From positions 13,516,001 to 13,580,000 of the forward strand of contig NC_043020.1 in assembly GCF_006345805.1 (NCBI RefSeq): a DNA stretch of 64,000 nt, in the 5' to 3' direction. The translations under genes and the position numbers were made by a program. The DNA is from Octopus sinensis. Its lineage: Eukaryota. The notes beneath the pieces were generated by a model that worked only from the letters and a program-made list of their open reading frames with translations, searched no databases and was not told the origin of the DNA. Of the stretch, positions 51,241 to 62,914 are shown piece after piece. The stretch's first letter is position 1, and each line of letters begins with the position of its first letter.

Positions 51241-52562
51241 CGAATTTGGTATATATATATATATATATATATGAATTTATAGTATTTATTTGTGTGTGTG
51301 CATGCACATCAGTATGTGTGAACATACATATACTGCATACACACACACACGCATGCCCCCTCCACGCACATACACACATATTTATATTTCTTTGTGTGTG
51401 TGTTAACTAGTGTTTGTTTTTCTGTCTAATTTCAGCCCCTTGTGGCCCATCACCTTAGAGAAAAAACAACCTGATCACCCTCATTAAACATCATTATTCT
51501 CTTACACTTTCTCCCTCTCACACACACACACACACACACTCTCTCTCTCTTGTTTATTATTCATGTATTGTGTTGTATGTAAACCTTCACACGCCTATAT
51601 TCAGCTACACTGGAACCAGTTTTTGGCACACAATCATTATTCCTTCCACTGTCTGAGACCAGAGTATTCTAGAAGGATTGCCTGGTAACATCAATCGACC
51701 AATACACGGCTAATTAGCTGCTTCAACACTATTTTTGTTTTCGACTCCCGTAAATAAATGAACTTTTCTTCTTTTCGTAAGTTAAACTCTCTGGGTCCTT
51801 AGCTACCCCGAATCCACCCCTAGCGTTGTACATTTGTCGAGGCTGGCTGGCGTGGGGTTGGCGGATATTTTTGTTTTTTTTGGTTTATGTTCTAATTATG
51901 TGTCTATTATTAGTCTTTGTTTCTCTGCAGCCAGTCTGTTGGAGGTTTGAGGGCTGGGAGGCGCTGGGGTAGCATAGTGCCACAAATACTTACGTAGTTG
52001 GTGGTGGTGGTTTGGGAAGGGGGTGGGGTGTTGTTCTATTCCTGTACCTAGAACATACCTGCATCAACAATCCTGCACCCCACCCCACCCGTTGCGCCAT
52101 ATTTCACTGACAAACACCCCTCCTCACAACCACCGAAACTACCATCATCGCCATCACAACCGCCACCATTACCACTGCCACCATCACTTCCCCCCCCACC
52201 ACCACCACTACTACTATATCACCACCATCACTGCCATCATCACCACCGCTGCCACGGTTCTTCAGGCCTCAAAATATATGTGTCTGTCCGTGTGCCTTTG
52301 TTTATGTTTATTAGTGTTGCGTCCCTTTAGGTAAAGGGACGCAACAGCTCTACCTTTCCATTAATGCCCGTGCCTCCCCATACACACACAAATACACATG
52401 CTTTCTGCCAGTTGTATTATTGACTTGGAGGTACCATACGTACACACACATATATATATGTGTGTGTTTGTGTGTGTGTATATGCATATATGTATATATT
52501 TATATGCATATATGTATATATGCATATATGCATATATATATTTATATGCATATATGTATACT

Positions 52563-52918
52563 CTTTTTTTTCTTTTACTCTTTTACTTGTTTCAGTCATT
52601 TGACTGCAGCCATGCTGGAGCACCGCCTTTAGTCGAGCAAATCGACCCTGGGACTTATTCTTTGTAAGCCCAGTACTTATTCTATCGGTCTCTTTTGCCG
52701 AACCGCTAAGTGACGGGGACGTAAACACACCAGCATCGGTTGTCAAGCAATGCTAGAGGTACAAACACAGACACACAAACATATACACACACATACATAT
52801 ATACGACAGGCTTCTTTCAGTTTCCGTCTTCCAAATCCACTCACAAGGCTTTGGTCAGCCTGAGGCTAAAGCAGAAAACACTTGCCCAAGATGCCACGCA
52901 GTGGGACTGAACCCGGAC
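52563..52918 (-). mobile_element. SINE family A (head truncated)
   Basis: Tail through B-box. Confidence 0.85.
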
Positions 52919-53326
52919 CCACTTACACTCTGTCGAGTATGCACACTGACATTACACATCCAGCAGAGCATACTGGCTTCGTTTCTTGCAAGCTTACGTA
53001 AGTCCTAAGCAGTCACGTCCCATGTTTCACTGCCATGTAGCATGGCTGTTCATTTCATGCACATGCATCATACAGTCTACCTTTTACTCTGAGCGAGAGG
53101 CCCTTTGTCACCAGCAGAGGTAGGAGCTCTCTGAACTTTGCCCCAGGCTATTCTTATTCTAGCAGCTGCACTTTCAGAACACCCACCCATGCTACTGACT
53201 TGGTCACCTAGGTAACAGAAGCTATCAACTACTTCAATATCATCAAATAGTGGTGATCACTGGAATTGGTGTGATAGTGCTGTGTATCATTGGCAAGACT
53301 GGACGGAATAGAAACCTGAAGAGGTG

Positions 53327-53393
<67 letters not shown>

Positions 53394-53397
<4 letters not shown>

Positions 53398-53751
53398 CGC
53401 ATATTTGCCATTTGAGTATGGCTAGCCCCTAAGGGTGGATGCTACTGTAGTTTGTAGCCCCGGGAAGATACCTCCTCCAGCTGGCCATAGACACACTATC
53501 TGTGCCCTATCAGTATTTGTGAAGAGAAGTCATCCTTCCCATCTTCAACTTATGATAGGTAAACACCTTGAAACTCGAGTCCGTGTGTATCATAAGTTGA
53601 AGACGGGAAGGATGACTTCCCTTCACAAATACTGATAGGGCACAGATAGTGTGTCTATGGCCAGCTGGAGGAGGTATCTTCCTGGGGCTACAAACTACAG
53701 TAGCATCCACCCTTATGGGTTAGCCATACTCAAATGGCAAATATGCATCAC
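53394..53751. repeat. Fold-back element: 164-bp inverted arms, 30-bp spacer
   Basis: 53394-53557 vs 53588-53751, about 6 mismatches by eye. Confidence 0.95.
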
Positions 53752-54099
53752 GATGTGTTACCGCTACTGTTTATAACTCGCTCTGAGATTTATCATTGTT
53801 ATATATATATATATATATATATATATGCCCTTACCTTTGAAACACGCATTGAGTCGAAACAGGGGCAGCTGAAGAAGGGGAATGTTCCTTGTGTTGTATG
53901 TCTTGTTCTCTGTTTTTTCATTGTTAAAAAAAGTCTGTTTCCTTGTTTGGTTTTATGTTTTCATTTCTCGTTGTGTTCTACGTTTATTTGTGGTGTCCTG
54001 TACTCATATATGCATGTATATATACATATAGATGTAGGTATGTACATATATGTATGTATGTATGTATGTCTGCATATGTTTTATTTATTAAATTGTTAT

Positions 54100-54415
54100 A
54101 TATATATATATACATATATATATATAAATTAGAAAAAAAAACACCTTTTATCAATTCAATAATGAAAAATTAAATTATACCATTTAGAAAAATTACATCT
54201 TATAGAAAGATTGAATAAAACATATAACAATGATATCTTATATATTCTATATTATTTATTATTTTGCACATTACTTAATCATTGTTATATGTTTTATCTT
54301 ATATTCAATCTTTCTATAATATGTAATTTTACTAAATGGAATAATTTAATTTTTCATTATTGAATTGATAAAAGATGGTTTTTTTTTCCAATTTATATAT
54401 GTATATATATATATT
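54100..54415. repeat. AT-rich imperfect fold-back (MITE-like)
   Basis: TTTTATCAATTCAATAATGAAAAATTAAATT / AATTTAATTTTTCATTATTGAATTGATAAAA. Confidence 0.8.
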
Positions 54416-54505
54416 ATATTTTGTGAAATTTGATTTAATATTTCTAAATTGAATTTTTCCCTGTAAGTTTGGTATAATATTCCCATCATATTATTGTTAT
54501 ATATA

Positions 54506-54890
54506 CTAGCAGTATCACCCAGCATTGCTTGGGTTTGTTTCAACCCTTTAGAATTGGAATTTTTGAAAAGTTAAAAATTTTTCATTATGTAGCTTGTTAT
54601 TCTCTTCAAGTGAACATTTTTCTTGTTGAAATACACTGAAAAATGGCGACACAGCAGTAAAAATATCGTAAAAAATAGGGATTTTCATAGAAAAAAAAGC
54701 ACCTTTTTGATGTAAACAATTTTTGGTGTTAACATGGTCTGATCTGAATTTTTTCTTCTACAGAAGGAAGAGTAAGCCTTCTTCTATCATACTCTCAATT
54801 TTGGTCAACTTGCGCCGTAGGGTCTCGGAGGAGATAGTGTTAGTTGAAGGTTACCAAACCTGCCATACACAGACAACTTCAGCTTTATAC
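54506..54890 (-). mobile_element. Non-autonomous Helitron-like element, family H
   Basis: Reverse complement of 38020-38414. Confidence 0.7.
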
Positions 54891-55392
54891 ATATATATAT
54901 ATTTTATCGCAATTTGATTTGTTTACATATTTCTCGATAAATTATGAGCGCTAGACGATATACCAGAAATCCCTAGTTTTGTCGGGACGTTCGGAGTCTG
55001 CGCAGTGATATGATTAGTTAGAGAGAGTAAATCATTAGAAGCACATGCTTCTAGTGAGTTAGGATTTCAGAAAAACAGGGCTCTCACTGACGAATTCTCC
55101 CTGAGCAAATAAATTATCTTTATTGCTGAAAAGAAAGAAACTGCAGTCTGAGAATAACCGAGTTAGTAAATGTTTTTATCTTCATTTCACTTAATTTATC
55201 AAGCTTCTGTGTTCCTAGCACATATTTCGCCTTAATGTACTGATATATGGAAAATATATGGCTTGTGTTAGTAATACCAGCGATTATAATTATTTTTATT
55301 TTATCGCAATTTGATTTGTTTATATATGTATATATATATATATTGTTAGCCACTACACACATTTTTTTCTCTCCTTGTTTTTTCTGTGTCCC

Positions 55393-55426
55393 TTTCTGCA
55401 GAAGAGCGTAGGCTCGAAACGTAAAA
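55393..55426 (+). ncRNA. Minimal hammerhead-like motif, degenerate core
   Basis: TTT-CTGCAGA-A-GAGC-GTAG-GCTC-GAA-ACGT-A-AAA. Confidence 0.45.
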
Positions 55427-55779
55427 TACTTTTTCTATTCCTGAGCATTATACTAATACACTGTTTGTTTTGTACACCACCTGTCTTTGTCTTTTGTTTT
55501 TTTCGTAAACTCTACCTATATATATATATATATATATGTTGTTATGTCATGACATGGTATGAACCAGATCAATATTGTTATTAGCAGATGTGTATATAAA
55601 CAAATGTACATGTGATTTTGGAAGCATTGAATGTGTATCAGACAATACAAAGGGATATTCCGAATGCAATGTTGCCATTAGAATGGCAGAAATATTGGGT
55701 ATTATTACCCTTACAAGACTGTTTGTTGACAAGTTTTTCTGACTTGTAAGGGTATTAATACTCTTTTTTATTTTGCCAG

Positions 55780-56056
55780 CCTCGCCATCCGTTGCCAGCC
55801 TCGCCTGGCCCTCGTGCCGGTGGCACATAAAAAGCACCATCCGTTCGCGGCCGTTTGCCAGCTCTGTCTGGCACCAGTGCGGGTGGCACGTAAAAAGCAC
55901 CCACTACACTCACGGAGTGGTTGGCGTTAGGAAGGGCATCCAGCCGTAGAAACACTGCCAGATTTGACTGGGCCTGATGAAGCCTTCTGGCTTCACAGAC
56001 CCCAGTAGAACCGTCCAACCCATGCCAGCATGGAAAACGGACGTTAAACGATGATG
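55780..56056 (+). mobile_element. Family E element
   Basis: Body and (GAT)n tail. Confidence 0.85.
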
Positions 56057-56128
56057 AATGGCAATGCTGCATTTGAAATATTGTTATTGTTGCATTTCAG
56101 CCATGTGTGAATGCTTGAAGGTATATAT

Positions 56129-56356
56129 GTTTCTTTACTACCCACAAGGGGCTAAACATAGAGGGGACAAACAAGAACAGACAAAGGAATTTAAGTCGAT
56201 TATATCGACCCCAGTGCGTAACTGGTACTTAATTTATTGATCCCGAAAGGATGAAAGGCAAAGTCGACCTCAGCAGAATTTGAACTCGGAACATAACGGT
56301 AGACAAAATACGGCTACACATTTCGCCCGGCGTGCTAACAGTTCTGCCAGCTCGCC
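56129..56356 (-). mobile_element. SINE family B monomer
   Basis: 16-bp TSD GCTTGAAGGTATATAT at 56113-56128 and 56357-56372. Confidence 0.9.
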
Positions 56357-56530
56357 GCTTGAAGGTATATATACCTGGATATGTGTGTCAGCTGTGTGTA
56401 TCAGGTGCATGTGTATTTATCAGTTGTGTGTGTATGAATACATGTGCATCAGCGTCTGCTATATGCACATGTATGCACATGTTTGGGATGCATCTACAGG
56501 TGTTTGTGCATACAGGTTCTTTGTGAACCT

Positions 56531-57491
56531 CTGGAAGGTGGCGAGCTGGCAGAAACGTTAGCACGTCGGGCAAAATGCTTTGCGGTATTTCGTCTGCCGT
56601 TACGTTCTGAGTTCAAATTCCGCTGAGGTCGACTTTGCCTTTCATCCTTTCGGGGTCGATAAATTAAGTACCAGTTACGCACTGGGGTCAATATAATCGA
56701 CTTAATCCATCTGTCTGTCCTTTGTCCCCTCTGTGTTTAGCCCCTTGTGGGTAGTAAAGAAATAGGTATTTCGTCTGCCGTTACGTTCTGAGTTCAAATT
56801 CCGCTGAGGTCGACTTTGCCTTTCATCCTTTCGGGGTCGATAAATTAAGTACCAGTTACGCACTGGGGTCAATATAATCGACTTAATCCATCTGTCTGTC
56901 CTTTGTCCCCTCTGTGTTTAGCCCCTTGTGGGTAGTAAAGAAATAGGTATTTCGTCTGCTGTTACGTTCTGAGTTCAAATTCCGCTGAGGTCGACTTTGC
57001 CTTTCATCCTTTCGGGGTCGATAAATTAAGTACCAGTTACGCACTGGGGTCAATATAATCGACTTAATCCATCTGTCTGTCCTTTGTCCCCTCTGTGTTT
57101 AGCCCCTTGTGGGTAGTAAAGAAATAGGTATTTCGTCTGCCGTTACGTTCTGAGTTCAAATTCCGCTGAGGTCAACTTTGCTTTTCATTCTTTCGGGGTT
57201 GATAAATTAAGTACCAGTTACGTGCTGGGGTCAATATAATCGACTTAATCCATCTGTCTGTCCTTTGTCCCCTCTGTGTTTAGCCCCTTGTGGGTAGTAA
57301 AGAAATAGGTATTTCGTCTGCCGTTACGTTCTGAGTTCAAATTCCGCTGAGGTCAACTTTGCTTTTCATTCTTTCGGGGTTGATAAATTAAGTACCAGTT
57401 ACGTGCTGGGGTCAATATAATCAACTTAATCCATCTGTCTGACCTTGTTTGTCTCCTCTGTGTTTAGCCCCTTGTGGGTAGTAAAAGAAAT
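56531..57491 (+). mobile_element. SINE family B pentamer (181-bp period)
   Basis: GTATTTCGTC at 56585, 56766, 56947, 57128, 57309; 17-bp TSD AGGTTCTTTGTGAACCT at 56514-56530 and 57492-57508. Confidence 0.95.
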
Positions 57492-57550
57492 AGGTTCTTT
57501 GTGAACCTGAATATATACATGCATGAATGTGTATGTGTTTGTCTGGATGA

Positions 57551-57586
<36 letters not shown>

Positions 57587-57895
57587 ACGTCTGGTGTGTA
57601 TGCATGTCTCTGATATTTGTATGTGTATGCTAACGCAGCGACAACAGTGTCATTTGGAAAAGGTAACCAGATTAGGCTTTGGATTGAGATTTGATAGCTT
57701 GGAAGACAAACAAAGGCAGAAAAAGCATACATAGATATGTTTGTGTTCACAGCCATGGATATCAAGGTTATCATGGGAGGTTACAGTATCTTGCCCTTGG
57801 TTATGTGGCAGCCAGTGTTACAGTGCTTTATTACACACATGTGAGTGAGAACACTTTGAGATATTTTTGGTATCTAACATATGTCAGATACTGCG

Positions 57896-58239
57896 AGCGC
57901 TGCTTCTGATTGGTCAATCCATGGTGATGACCCAAGGTCACGGTGACAGCGCTGCTTCTGATTGGTCAATTCATGGTGATGACCAGAGGTCACGGTGACG
58001 GCACTACTTTTGTCATTCATAAATTACAACTAAACGTGAAGAATTTAGTTATTGGGTTAATAAAATATGGTCGTTTATTCGTGTGTAATAAATAAAATAC
58101 CAAACTCATTCCCTATGGATACCGTATTTATTACAACTCGTGGCTTGTAAACGTATCTAACTCGCTTTCGCTCGTTAGATACGTTTACAAGCCACTCGTT
58201 GTAATAAATACGGTATCCATAGGGAACTCGTTTGGTATT
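57896..58239. mobile_element. Unclassified hairpin-ended repeat element with tandem CCAAT-box unit
   Basis: 52-bp tandem duplicate containing CTGATTGGTC (57896-57999); 144-nt hairpin 58096-58239. Confidence 0.5.
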
Positions 58240-58509
58240 CTCTCTATATCTGGGTTGTTGGTGACAAGTGGTTTGAAGTTCATCAGGAGAGTGTACCTCT
58301 GGTGGCAGCTATATGACAGTTTGTTTTTCTGGTTGGTAGAGTCTATGCAGTCTTTCATAGAGACAGAGCTGGCAATTGGGGGCACCGGGTGAGTGAGGCA
58401 GGGTCCTGTCGATGAGCAGAAAGCTAGAAAAGCAATTGAAGGGCCAATAGTTTCGTGCCTGGCATTTATCAAATTTACTTCAAATCCAAAAGCTTGTCTT
58501 TTATATTGA

Positions 58510-58905
58510 GTGGGAATAACTTGGAAGAAGCACTTCGTCGGTTACGACGATGAGGGTTCCGGTTGATCCGACTAACGGAACAGCCTGCTCATGAAATTAA
58601 CGTGTAAGTGGCTGAGCACTCCACAGACATGTGTACCCTTAACGTAGTTCTCGGGGATATTCAGCATGACACAAGAGTGACAAGGCCGGCCCTTTGAAAT
58701 ACAGGTACAACAGAAACAGGAAGAAAGGGTGAGAGAAAGTTGTGGTGAAAGAGTACAGCAGGGATCACCACCATCCCCTGCCGGAGCCTCGTGGAGCTAT
58801 GGGTGTTTTCGCTCAATAAACACTCACAACGCCCGGTCTGGGAATCGAAACCGTGATCCTACGACCGCGAGTCCGCTTCCCTAACCACTGGGCCATTGCG
58901 CCTCC
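58510..58905 (-). mobile_element. SINE family C, long form
   Basis: Head reverse complement CCCTAACCACTGGGCCATTGCGCCTCC. Confidence 0.85.
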
Positions 58906-59164
58906 TCAGTGGGAATAACATTTCGTCTTGAAATGTCTGGTGAAAATTCGTATTAGAATCTTGGGCAAATTTGTGAGATTTCAAATAATCTCTCTGTTAA
59001 ACAGAGGGTAGTTTTAAGAGGAAATGACATGCAGGCAACAATAAATCATACTCTCACATACACACATGTTCCCACACACTCACAGACATGTAAATATGAT
59101 ACACTCACATGCATGTATGTGTGGAGAAACCCATACACACACACTCATAAATAAAATTATATAT

Positions 59165-59366
59165 TTCTTTACTACCCACAAGGAGCTAAACACAGAGGGG
59201 ACAAACAAGGACCGACAAACAGATTAAGTCGATTACATCGACCCCCAGTGCGTAACTGGTACTTAATTTATCGACCCCGAAAGGATGAAAGGCAAAGTCA
59301 ACCTTGGCGGAATTTGAACTCGGAACGTAACGACAGATGAAATACGGCTACGCATTTCGCCCGGCG
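59165..59366 (-). mobile_element. SINE family B
   Basis: Body and partial head. Confidence 0.85.
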
Positions 59367-59794
59367 CAGATATACTCACACACATGTATGTGTGGATATA
59401 TCCATATATACACACGCCGACATACACAATATAAATACAGGCACACATGCATACATGTATGGACACACACACATACACACACATGTATCGAATGCATATA
59501 AACATGGGACATGGATATTGAATGGTGATGGTGGTGATGATGATCATGATGATGATGATGATGATCATGATCATCATCATCATCACACATATACAACTGA
59601 GGACATATAAATTGTATCTATTATCCGCTCAACGTTCCTTTATATTTGGTTGTTGAAGAGACAGACTTGCAGCTATTGATGTTCACAGTTTCCTGAGTTC
59701 AATTCACTCTGGCAACGAGGCACCAATCCAGGACTTTTAGTCTGTCACAAATCAATTTATCTATAGAGAAACGAAAGGAAATGAAAATAAATAG

Positions 59795-60900
59795 ATCCCT
59801 CCCCCCATCTCTTTCTCTGTCTATCTATCTATCTATCTATCTATCTCTGTCTATCTACCTATCTCTATTTATCTATCTATCTCTTTCTCTCTCTGACTCT
59901 CTTTCTTACTCTCCTTCTCTTACTCTCTCTTTCTCTATCTTAATCTTCCCTGCTCTCTCTTTTTCTTCCTCTCCCTCTCTCTTTTATTCTCTCTTTCACA
60001 CTCTCTCATTCTCTTATTTACTCTCTTACTCTCCCTCTCTCTTTCTCTTACTCTCCCTCTCTTACTCTCTCTTTCTCTATCTTAATCTTCCTCTCCCTCT
60101 CTCTTTTACTCTCTCTTTCACACTCTCTCATTCTCTTATTTACTCTCTTACTCTCCCTCTCTCTTTTATTCTCTCTTTCACACTCTCTCATTCTCTTATT
60201 TACTCTCTTACTCTCCCTCTCTCCTTCTCTTGCTCTCTCTTTCTCTATCTTAATCTTCCTCTCCCTCTCTCTTTTTCTTCCTCTCCCTCTCTCTTTTACT
60301 CTCTCTTTCACACTCTCTCTTTCTCTTACTCTCCCTCTCTTACTCTCTCTTTCTCTATCTTAATCTTCCTCTCTCTCTTAATCTTCCTCTCTCTTTTATT
60401 CTCTCTTTCACACTCTCTCATTCTCTTATTTACTCTCTTACTCTCCCTCTCTCACTCTCCCTTAATCTTACTCTCTCTCTATCTTAATCTTTCCTGCTCT
60501 CTCTTTTTATTCCTCTCCCTCTCTCTTTTATTCTCTCTTTCACACTCTCTTATTCTCTTATTTACTCTCTTACTCTCCCTCTCTCCTTTTCTTACTCTCC
60601 CTCTCGTACTCTCTCTCTATCTTAATCTTTCCTGCTCTCTCTTTTTCTTCCTCTCCCTCTCTCTTTTATTCTCTCTTTTACACTCTCATTCTCTTATTTA
60701 CTCTCTTACTCTCCTCTCACTCTCCTCTTACTCTCCCTCTCTTACTCTCTTTCTCCCTCTCTCTTTCTCGCTCTACCCTTCTCCCTGTCTTTCCCTTCCT
60801 CTCTCTTTCACTCCATTCACTACCTCTCTCTCCTCTCTCTTTCTCCCCTTTTATTCACCCAATTATTCTCCCTTCCATTCTTACCGTTTTATATATTTCT
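59795..60900. repeat. 1.1-kb polypyrimidine (CT-rich) cryptic satellite
   Basis: Recurring TTTCACACTCTCTCATTCTCTTATTTACTCTCTTACTC and TATCTTAATCTTCCTCTC modules. Confidence 0.9.
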
Positions 60901-61084
60901 CAATCAATCTTCTCCTCCTCCATTCTTACATTTCTTCCCCATTTGCCTCTGCCATTAATTTCTGATACCTGTGCCTCCCCACACACAATTATTCTTTCCA
61001 CAAAAGTTTTGGAATTCATTTCAGGAAATATTTTCAGTTAAAAAAAAAAACACAAAACAAAAACAGCCTGATTCATCATCATCA

Positions 61085-61095
61085 TTGGTATTATT

Positions 61096-61130
<35 letters not shown>

Positions 61131-61191
61131 TGTAGTAATAGTAGTAGTAGTGGTGGTGGTGGTAGTAGTAGTGGTGGTGGTGGTGGTGGTG

Positions 61192-61224
<33 letters not shown>

Positions 61225-61400
61225 ACAGCAGTAGTAGTAAAGCTTTTAAATGCTGGTGGTGGTGGTGGTGGTGGTAGTAGTAGTAGTGGTGGTAGTAGTA
61301 GTAGTAGTATTAGTGGTGGTAGTAGTAGTGGTGGTGGTAGGAGTAGTAGCAGCAGCAGTAGTAGTAGTAGTAGCAGCAGCAGTAGTAGTAAAGCTTTTAA
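61085..61400. repeat. (GTA)n/(GTG)n microsatellite with duplicated AAAGCTTTTAAATGCT
   Basis: Direct observation. Confidence 0.9.
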
Positions 61401-61553
61401 ATGCTAATTTAATGAGCAGAAATGTTATCCTGAGATTTGGTGACAATAAGTCTCCTCAAATCTTAAGAATATTTCTTAGAATTCTTGTACAGTACAGGAG
61501 GACACTTTACTGCAGGTTAACAACATGTGTCTTGATTCTAATATCCTTCAGTA

Positions 61554-61585
<32 letters not shown>

Positions 61586-61980
61586 CTATCACGATCATCA
61601 TCATCATTTTTATTACCAAAGCGGAGGTATTATTTTCAGTTGTGTTTGTTTGTTTGTCCGTGGACAAGATACCTCAAGAACTGCTTGATGGATTCAGGTG
61701 AAACTTTCAGAGATGTTCAGCATTATGACTGGCACGAACTGATTAAATTTTGGAATTGATCTGTACCAGACAAGGATTCTAAATTATTTTTCCTATTTTT
61801 TACTTAATTTTCAAGAGTGGTCAGGTTGATTTTTAGTATTCTCGTTTGTGAGAGCAGTCGAGTTTATTTCAGATATTCTCACTTTAAAAATCATCTCTGG
61901 CTAATCGTTGAGAGGATTAGCCAGAGGTGTTGCCTTTGCAGAGATTTGTACTCTTGATCTTATTTTGAGCTGAAGAATCA

Positions 61981-62914
61981 TCATCATCATCATTGTTCGA
62001 CCGTGGTCGAGACAATGGAATTTACCATGCTACGCCAGACTTCAAGGTCCATCATGGCATTACGGAGGTCCTGCTGCTGGATGCCTGTATCCCTGGAGAT
62101 TACATCAGGGTAGGAGAGTGTGCGCCCTCTGGTATTGCGAGTAGATGGCTTCCAGAGGAGAAGAGTAGAATTTACCATGCTACGCCAGACTTCACGGTCC
62201 ATCATGGCATTACGGAGGTCCTGCTGCTGGATGCCTGTATCCCTGGAGATTACATCAGGGTAGGAGAGTGTGCGTCCTCTGGTATTGCGAGTAGATGGCT
62301 TCCAGAGGAGAAGAGTAGAATTTACCATGCTACGCCAGACTTCACGGTCCATCATGGCATTATGGAGGTCCTGTTGCTGGATGCCTGTATCCCTGGAGAT
62401 TACATCAGGGTAGGAGAGTGTGCGCCCTCTGGTATTGCGAGTAGATGGCTTCCAGAGGAGAAGAGTAGAACTTACCATGCTACGCCAGACTTCACGGTCC
62501 ATCATGGCATTACAGAGGTCCTGTTGCTGGATGCCTGTATCCCTGGAGATTACATCAGGGTAGGAGAGTGTGCGCCCTCTGGTATTGCGAGTAGATGGCT
62601 TCCAGAGGAGAAGAGTAGAATTTACCATACTACGCCAGACTTCACGGTCCATAATGGCATTACAGAGGTCCTGTTGCTGGATGCCTGTATCCCTGGAGAT
62701 TACATCAGGGTAGGAGAGTGTGCACCCTCTGGTATTGCAAGTAGATGGCTTCCAGAGGAGAAGAGTAGAAATTACCTCTTTTTCAGCTCTACAACAATGT
62801 CCAGCAAACTGGACTCTCCTACCTTTCACAAGAGATGACACAGGTGGTAGTTTCCCATATATTTGCATTTTGGTTGGATGGCGCTTCCACGAGAGACTTT
62901 GAGCTCTCATGGTT
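61981..62914 (-). pseudogene. RTE-like LINE 3' end whose last coding segment is amplified as a 150-bp x5 minisatellite
   Basis: SWKRHPTKMQIYGKLPPVS...RRVQFAGHCCR...LLLWKP...RG..LSYPD...RDTG...L.NAMMDREVWR then (TGA)n tail; period 150 (62021, 62171, 62321, 62471, 62621). Confidence 0.85.

Noticed and set aside
51915-52070. Plus-strand acceptor TTTGTTTCTCTGCAG and minus-strand donor GTAAGTAT around a short Pro/His-rich stretch
   Set aside because: Signals are on opposite strands and do not define a coherent exon; no recognisable peptide
53850-53900. CTGAAGAAGGGGAATGTTCC hammerhead-like start
   Set aside because: No GAAA after helix II and no cleavage triplet or helix I
59781-60965. 394-aa S/L/F-rich ORF (also 15977-16501)
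   Set aside because: CT-rich low-complexity sequence cannot contain many stop codons; no domain features
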